From NCBI RefSeq assembly GCF_009914755.1, contig NC_060926.1: 64,000 bases of DNA. One strand, written 5' to 3'. The stretch is from the human T2T-CHM13v2.0 reference genome, Homo sapiens. The notes under the pieces are model-generated. The model saw only the letters and a list, made by a program, of their open reading frames with translations, was not told the DNA's origin and did no database searches. How positions within the stretch are numbered: position 1 is the first letter of the stretch; every line of letters starts with the position of its first letter. The position numbers and the translations under genes were made by a program. Below are positions 57,849 through 64,000 of this stretch, piece after piece.

Positions 57849-59010
57849 TCATGCCTTAATCTTACTGTGTTCGTCTCTCCCTTTTTCAGGGGAAGCCTGA
57901 GCTTTGCTTAGTGATGATGGCCCTAGTGTGAGGACTGGGGCTTGTGGAGTAGCCTCTTGTTTGCTCTAGCCACCCCACTGCCTCTGTCCTCTGCAGTTAC
58001 TAGGACCTTCCCTAGCAAGTTTGCGTCCTTTCCACCACAGGCATGACCTGCCTCTCTCTGCTCTCTTCCAGCCCGTCCTCTCTCTGCCTAGTCCTTTTCA
58101 GACACTTGCTTCTTGGCACCTTTGACTTTTCTCACTGCCGGGCTGCCCCTACTAAGGATGATTGCCCTGTTTTCGTAGCTCTAAGAAGCAGCCAAAATCC
58201 ACTCCACCTCCCTCCCACCCTCCGTCACTCCAAACAGCCTGGTTTTGTTCCAGTCAGGAAAAGGTTTCTTTCTTCCTCATATTTTTTTGAACAAAATATT
58301 TTGCATACGGAAGCCCGGAGCTCCTGCAAAAGTGATTTTGTACCTAATTATTTAAGATTATAAGTTAACCCCACTTGCAGTTTTTTCAGCCAGAGATACA
58401 TCTTAATGAGGTGCTGACATTTTTCAGAGGATAAATTTAAAGATACATTTGAATGGAACTGAATAATTTTCAAAGGAAGTGGTCATACTTCTGTATCAAT
58501 ATAGAAAGTTGATGTGTGTTTGAGACATACTTGGTTTATTTTACTTCATCATCTGCCTCTGTCTAATTTATGACCTTCACCTGAAATGGAATAAAAGTAA
58601 CACTAGATTTTGGGTCTGTCTTTAACTGGATCTGGTCTTGGCCGCCACTTAGGAGTTTGTATGACTTTTGACAAGTTCCTGGCCTGTTTTCTCAACTGTA
58701 AAATGGGCTGAACAATGCACTCCTCCCAGATGTGTTAAGGAGATTTTAGAAGTAGTAGGTTTAAGAATACTCCGAGTGTTAGACTACTTCCGGTCTTACT
58801 TAGTACAGTAGGTAGGCCTTGAATTACAGTGCTGTAGTACATAATTATGTACTCCTTTTTCAGTAGTTTTTTCCCAGTAATATGCCTTCAGTCAGTGTTG
58901 GCACTGTATTTAATTTGACATTCTGAACAGTGGTATTCCAGAGTATGTGCAGTAAACTCACCTGCCTACAGAAGAGTGACCCAAATCCTGTGATTAAGAA
59001 AGAAAAGAGG

Positions 59011-59353
<343 letters not shown>

Positions 59354-60318
59354 TTATGAAGTGTTTTGTTTCTGAAGCTCTCCCTGCTGTTTCTACTTTT
59401 TCCGTGAAAAACTCTGTCCTTTTGTCTTCTGCCACTGGCTTTGGTTATGCACTGGGCATTGATGTGAATCCAGTTTCCAAATTGGAAAGTAATGAGGTGT
59501 TCCATACAGAGAGGCCTGCCTTACATACTGTGAGGTTGGCTATTCCGAGGACCCCCTCCATTTGGATCTTTGCTTTCTTGCTGCCTTTCTCTGTGTCAGA
59601 CGACAACAGACTCCTTTCTTTTCTGCTTGGCGTCTGCAGAAGATGGTTTCAGGCCTTCTTTCCCTGGCCTAGTCATTTTTTAGTACATGTCAGGTGTGAC
59701 TCCCAGAAGCACTGGACTGTGTTAAGGCATAGTAGATTCGGCTGCCAGAGGTCCCTGTGCCTGAGCAGGAAGTTCCTGATGGCTCTTCAAGCTTCTACCT
59801 CAGCCCTTCGTGTATTTAAAGAGAAGGTTGGGATGGATTTTCAGGGTTGCAGGCGTTAAGGAAGACGACTGAAGTGAAGCAAAACAGCTATGGGAAAGTG
59901 ATCATCAGCACTGCAGTCTCCAATTTGGTGGTGTTCCTATGTGCTGTTAGGAAGGGACATCTTATCTATCTTGACTGATAAGGAAACAAAGTAGAGGTGC
60001 CCATTAAGGAAAAAAAAAAAGGAGCTCAAATGAACTGGTAGCCAATGCCAGCATAGGCGGTGAGCAGGCTTTGGTAAAGAGTGACAAGCTGCTGCTTTGG
60101 GCAAGTCTCAGGTAATCAATTTTAGGAATACCTTAGGATTCCAAGTGGCTCCTGGTCAGGGCCAGCAATCAGAGGGGTGAGAAGGAGCTACAGAGATGTG
60201 CTTAGAGCCAGGAGACGTGGGCCTGCAGGGTACAGGGGTGTCTGGGAACCTCGTGGAACTTGCTGCTACGTTTTATGCATAAATATTTCAGGGAGGAGGG
60301 CCTGGAGCATTCACTAAG

Positions 60319-60639
60319 TTTTTTTCTGTTTGTTTTGTTTTTTTGAGACCGAGTCTCACTGTGTCGCCCAAGCTGGAGTGCAGTGGCGCAACTTCGGCTC
60401 GCTGCAACCAACACCTCCCAGACTCAAGCAATTCTCATGCCTCACCTTTCTGAGTAGTTGGGATTACAGGTGCGCACTACCATGCCCGGCTAATTTTTGT
60501 TTTTGTTTTTGTTTTTTTGTGGAAACGGGGTTCCATTGTGTTGGCCAGGCCAGGATGCCAAACTCCTGACATCAAGCAGTCCACCCGCCTTGACTTCCCA
60601 AAGTGCTGGGATTGCAGGCATGAGCCACCGTGCTTGGCC
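60319..60639 (-). mobile_element. Alu (AluJ/Sz-like)
   Basis: Reverse consensus. attcacta on both flanks. Confidence 0.93.
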
Positions 60640-62489
60640 AAAATTCACTAGATTTTGAAAGCAGTTCTTGACCCATGGCTTACGTGAAAGCAAATGCCCG
60701 ATCAGGGTGCAGTGGTTGCCCTGTGCTGGAGCATTCACTAGGGAAAAAGACCGCAGACCCTGGGAGGCTGCAGACCCTGTGACCTGAATGCTGGATGCTG
60801 GAGGGAACCTCCAGACCACTTGTGAAATGTGAAAGAGAACAGTGGAATAGAACTGAAACTGACGTTCCCTGAGCATGCTGAAGGCAGACTGTACAGCCCA
60901 ATGTAGACGCACAGGAGGAGTGACTGGGTTTGGAATGAAATGTAGAAAAGGAAGCAAGCTAAATCACCAGGGGAAACCCTTGAGACCACAAGAATGAAGA
61001 GGTCATGGCCCTGTCATTCCAGAGGAGGCTGGAGCAGCTCTTCAGGAAATGTGGATGTGCGAAGAGGACAAGCCTGGCTGAGCCTAAAAGGGGCTCTTCA
61101 GACTCTTCTGGAGACCTGCACATGGCACTCCCCACTGGGACTGTCAGGTGGTACCTGGAATTGACTCTACAGTTGCTTTTGCCCACAGCACACACATGCT
61201 TCCTGAGAGCCAAATTCAGACCTGCTTGCCACAGTGGAAGATTTGTGAGATTATTTGAATCCCTTATATCTTTGGATAGTGGTAGTTCTTGGAATAATAT
61301 GGAAAGAATAGTTTCAGGATTTTTTTAAAAGAAAAGTTAAAGTCAGTGATTACAGATTCAAGATTCTTATAAGACTTTGCTCTGGATAAAAATGTGAGTA
61401 GTTGCCACCATTCTTTTCCTCTACCCCATGGCTGCCATTTTTCAAGAGTATTGATTCTTCCTTTAAGGGAGGGTGAAGGTACCAAAGTGGTCTCTCCAGC
61501 CTTTCAGGGCAGAAGCTGTATTCCCTGGAGGCTTTGTGGTGTGAACAGCACCTGGGCTGGGCTCAGTCCTTCCCCATGGGGAATGCCTACATACTCTTCA
61601 ACTGGCTTTTTCGGAAAGCATTGTCTGAGAGCTTGTGAACAGAAGGGTTGGCTGGTGAAGAGCAAGGCAAGGGGGATGTCTGCAAGCCCAGGTTAAAAGG
61701 TAAAATGTTCTACTCTTGACTGGTGCTCCCTCCCTTTTCTTGCACAGAAAATACACTTCCACGCATTTATCCAGAGCTTTTCCATTCTCCTCAGGCCCTC
61801 AAACTCCACCTAGCCTCCTTTGTACTTTGCCTCATGCTCAACTACATAGATTGGGGTTCTGTGATAGTCATGCTCTCAGCTTCCCTCTTCTTCCCTTCAG
61901 GGTCTCCTGCCCTTTCCTTCCTTCCTTCCTCCCCACCAGGCTGGGCTTCCTCTGTCCAGGATGGATGGCCTCCATTTGGCCCAAGATCCCTTTTGTTCTC
62001 TTGTGTCTTCAGTCTTCCTTCAGTGCTGGTTTCTCTTCTTTACCCTACAACTGCCACACAGCCCTCTGTTCTGCTCATTCCAAAGCGCTCCTTCCCTCCT
62101 GTTCTTTTGGAAGTGGTCATCCACACTGGTTGCATTGCCTCCGCTTCCGATGCCCCCACCTATCCTTAACCTGGTGCTTCCCAGGTTTTTTCATGTCATG
62201 TCACACACAGAAGATGTTGCTGTTTGAGTAGCACCGGGGACGTGTGCATGAGGCTGATGGGAGGCCGAAGCTCTGGCTGCCCTGGGAGTAAGAAGAGCTA
62301 GAGCCCTCCTCACAGCGTCTCCAGAACCCATTTGCAGTACATGCCTTAAACCTTTGCAGTGTGACTCTGCCCCTGTCCTATATTTTCCTAAAATAGCCTT
62401 CATAAACACCACCAGCCAGCAAATGCTCAATGCCAGGAGCTTGTCTTTGTTTTCTCCTCCTTGACATCCAAGTGGCATTGGACATACAC

Positions 62490-62720
62490 TTGCGGTTTAG
62501 AGAGACTCTAGGGCTGGACTGCCTGGGTTCAGTTCCCAGCTTTGCCAGTCTCTAGCAGTGTAACCTTGGGCAAATTCCTTAATTTCTCTATGTCTTAGTT
62601 TCCTCAACTGAAGAAGAGGATAGCAAAATTCCTACCTCATAGCATTGTTATGAGAATTAAATAGTTGCCATATGGAGAGTGTGAACAATGCCTGTCTCAT
62701 AGCAATTGCTCTCTGAGTGC
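62490..62720 (+). mobile_element. MIR
   Basis: gactgcctgggttcagttcccagctttgcca..gtgtaaccttgggcaaattccttaatttctct..agtttcctca..gttatgagaattaaat. Confidence 0.8.
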
Positions 62721-63168
62721 CCTGTGTTGTCTTTGAGTCCCCTTTCTTAAAGCTCTTTTCTCCTGCTTTTCCTAACATCGGTCACTCCTGGTTTTTGTCC
62801 TGTCTCTCTCAGCTCTCTTGTTTTTTCTACTGTTTTCATTCCCTGGCTTCTCTTCTCTCCTTAACATGAAGGAGGTGTTAGGCCAAGCAGCCCCACCTCC
62901 CCCAACCGCCCTTTCTTCCATAGACCCTTCCACCTCCAAACGGCCCAGGCCCACATCCGAATGCCTGCCAGATCCCCTCACCTACATCTCTCCCTGAACC
63001 TCAGACCTAGGAGTCCCCAAAATGTTTTAATGTCCTTTTTTTGTTTTAAAAGTAATACATATTTATTATACAAAATACAGAAAAGTGAAAATAATAAAAT
63101 GCACCTCAGTGGTAATCCCACCGCTCGGCTGGCACCACCACTAAACTTGGGTATATCTCCTTCAAGCC

Positions 63169-63377
63169 CAGTGGTTCTCAGCCTGGGCCAGCTTTCCCCT
63201 AGAAGACATTTGGCCATGTCTGGAGACATTTTTGATTATCAACTTGGTAGGGAGAGGTGCTCCTGACATCCAGTGGATAGAGGCCAGGGATACTGCTGAA
63301 CATTTTATAATATACAGTTCAGCCCCCTGGCCAACAAGGAATTATTCAGCCCAACAGTGCCAAGATTGAGAAGCCTG
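63169..63377. mobile_element. MER20 hAT-Charlie DNA transposon
   Basis: cagtggttctca..gacatttggccatgtctggagacatttttg..tagaggccagggatactgctgaacat..gattgagaagcctg. Confidence 0.85.
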
Positions 63378-63389
63378 TTCTAGACTTCT

Positions 63390-63848
63390 GTCTCTACATA
63401 TGTGCCCCAAATGGAAAAGTCGGAATGGGTTTCCTCTTTCTAGCCTCATCCTGCTTCTCCACCTGTGTTCACTCTTTTTGTCAGTGGCCCCACCTCCCCC
63501 TTCTCCCTCACTCCACATCCGAGCTGTTCCCAAGCCTGCAGAGTCCCTGTCTGCCACATTGTTGGCAGCTCTCTCCTCTACTACTCTCAGTGTCGACATT
63601 GATGCCCACTCACCGAAACTAATGAAAAAGCCTCCAGCATGCCTTGCCTGTGCCACTGGTGTGCTTGGGGACCGTCCATAGGTGTCCAGTGCCCATTGGA
63701 TTAATTCCACGCCAGGTGGAGACTAAGCTCCCTGAGGGCAGCAGCTTCCATCTCTGATTCATCTGGGTGCCTAGCCTGAACCTGCCACCATTCCGAGCAC
63801 ACAGTCAGTGCTCAATAAATCTTTGTTGAATGTGTATGGATGAATGGC
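63390..63848 (+). mobile_element. L2 3' remnant ending just upstream of the exon-13 acceptor
   Basis: taagctccctgagggcag..cagtgctcaataaatctttgttgaatg..gatgaatgg terminus. Confidence 0.65.
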
Positions 63849-63914
63849 TGAAGGAAGAAAAACCTGAAAAACATTTGTCCTCACAATTCCCTTGTAATCT
63901 GTCCATCTTTGCAG

Positions 63915-64000
63915 ATCCTTGATGAATGGTTTGGCCGGACCATCATCCGCTCCTGCACCAAACTTAGCTACGAGCATGCACAGAGCATGATTGAAAGCCC
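63915..64000 (+). CDS. DIS3L2: DIS3L2 coding exon (probably exon 13), 5' part, runs off the window: [28 protein letters not shown](P)
   Basis: ctttgcag acceptor (AG 63913-63914), open phase-0 frame to the window end, RNB-type motif F.RTII.S...LSYE.AQ. Confidence 0.96.
   Translation, partial: MLDEWFGRTIIRSCTKLSYEHAQSMIES

Noticed and set aside
60302-60740. 15-bp direct repeat ctggagcattcacta at 60302-60316 and 60726-60740
   Set aside because: Real but short. It overlaps an Alu target site, no wider homology is visible, and no functional inference is supportable.

Overview
Primate (most likely human) genomic DNA from the middle of DIS3L2, the RNase II/R-family 3'-5' exoribonuclease that degrades oligo-uridylated RNA (Perlman syndrome gene, 2q37.1), on the + strand. 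Four coding exons splice into one open frame: 10898-10977, 39107-39219, 49947-50054 and 63915-end. From memory these are exons 10-13. They encode the N-terminal part of the RNB catalytic domain, including the acidic motif [14 protein letters not shown]. The rest is intron, rich in repeats: about 28 Alu elements or fragments, old L1M, L2, MIR, MLT1/MER21 LTRs and hAT/mariner DNA-transposon remnants. Almost all ORFs in the supplied track are Alu/LINE-derived or chance. I found no convincing new biological system. The features most worth checking are a ~110-bp non-repeat duplication bracketing exon 12, several templated or fold-back insertion scars at Alus, an Alu-free ~15 kb stretch with enhancer-like sequence bounded by inverted Alus, a CTCF-like motif in an L2, and some candidate cryptic exons. 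Repeat family names and boundaries were called by eye and are approximate.
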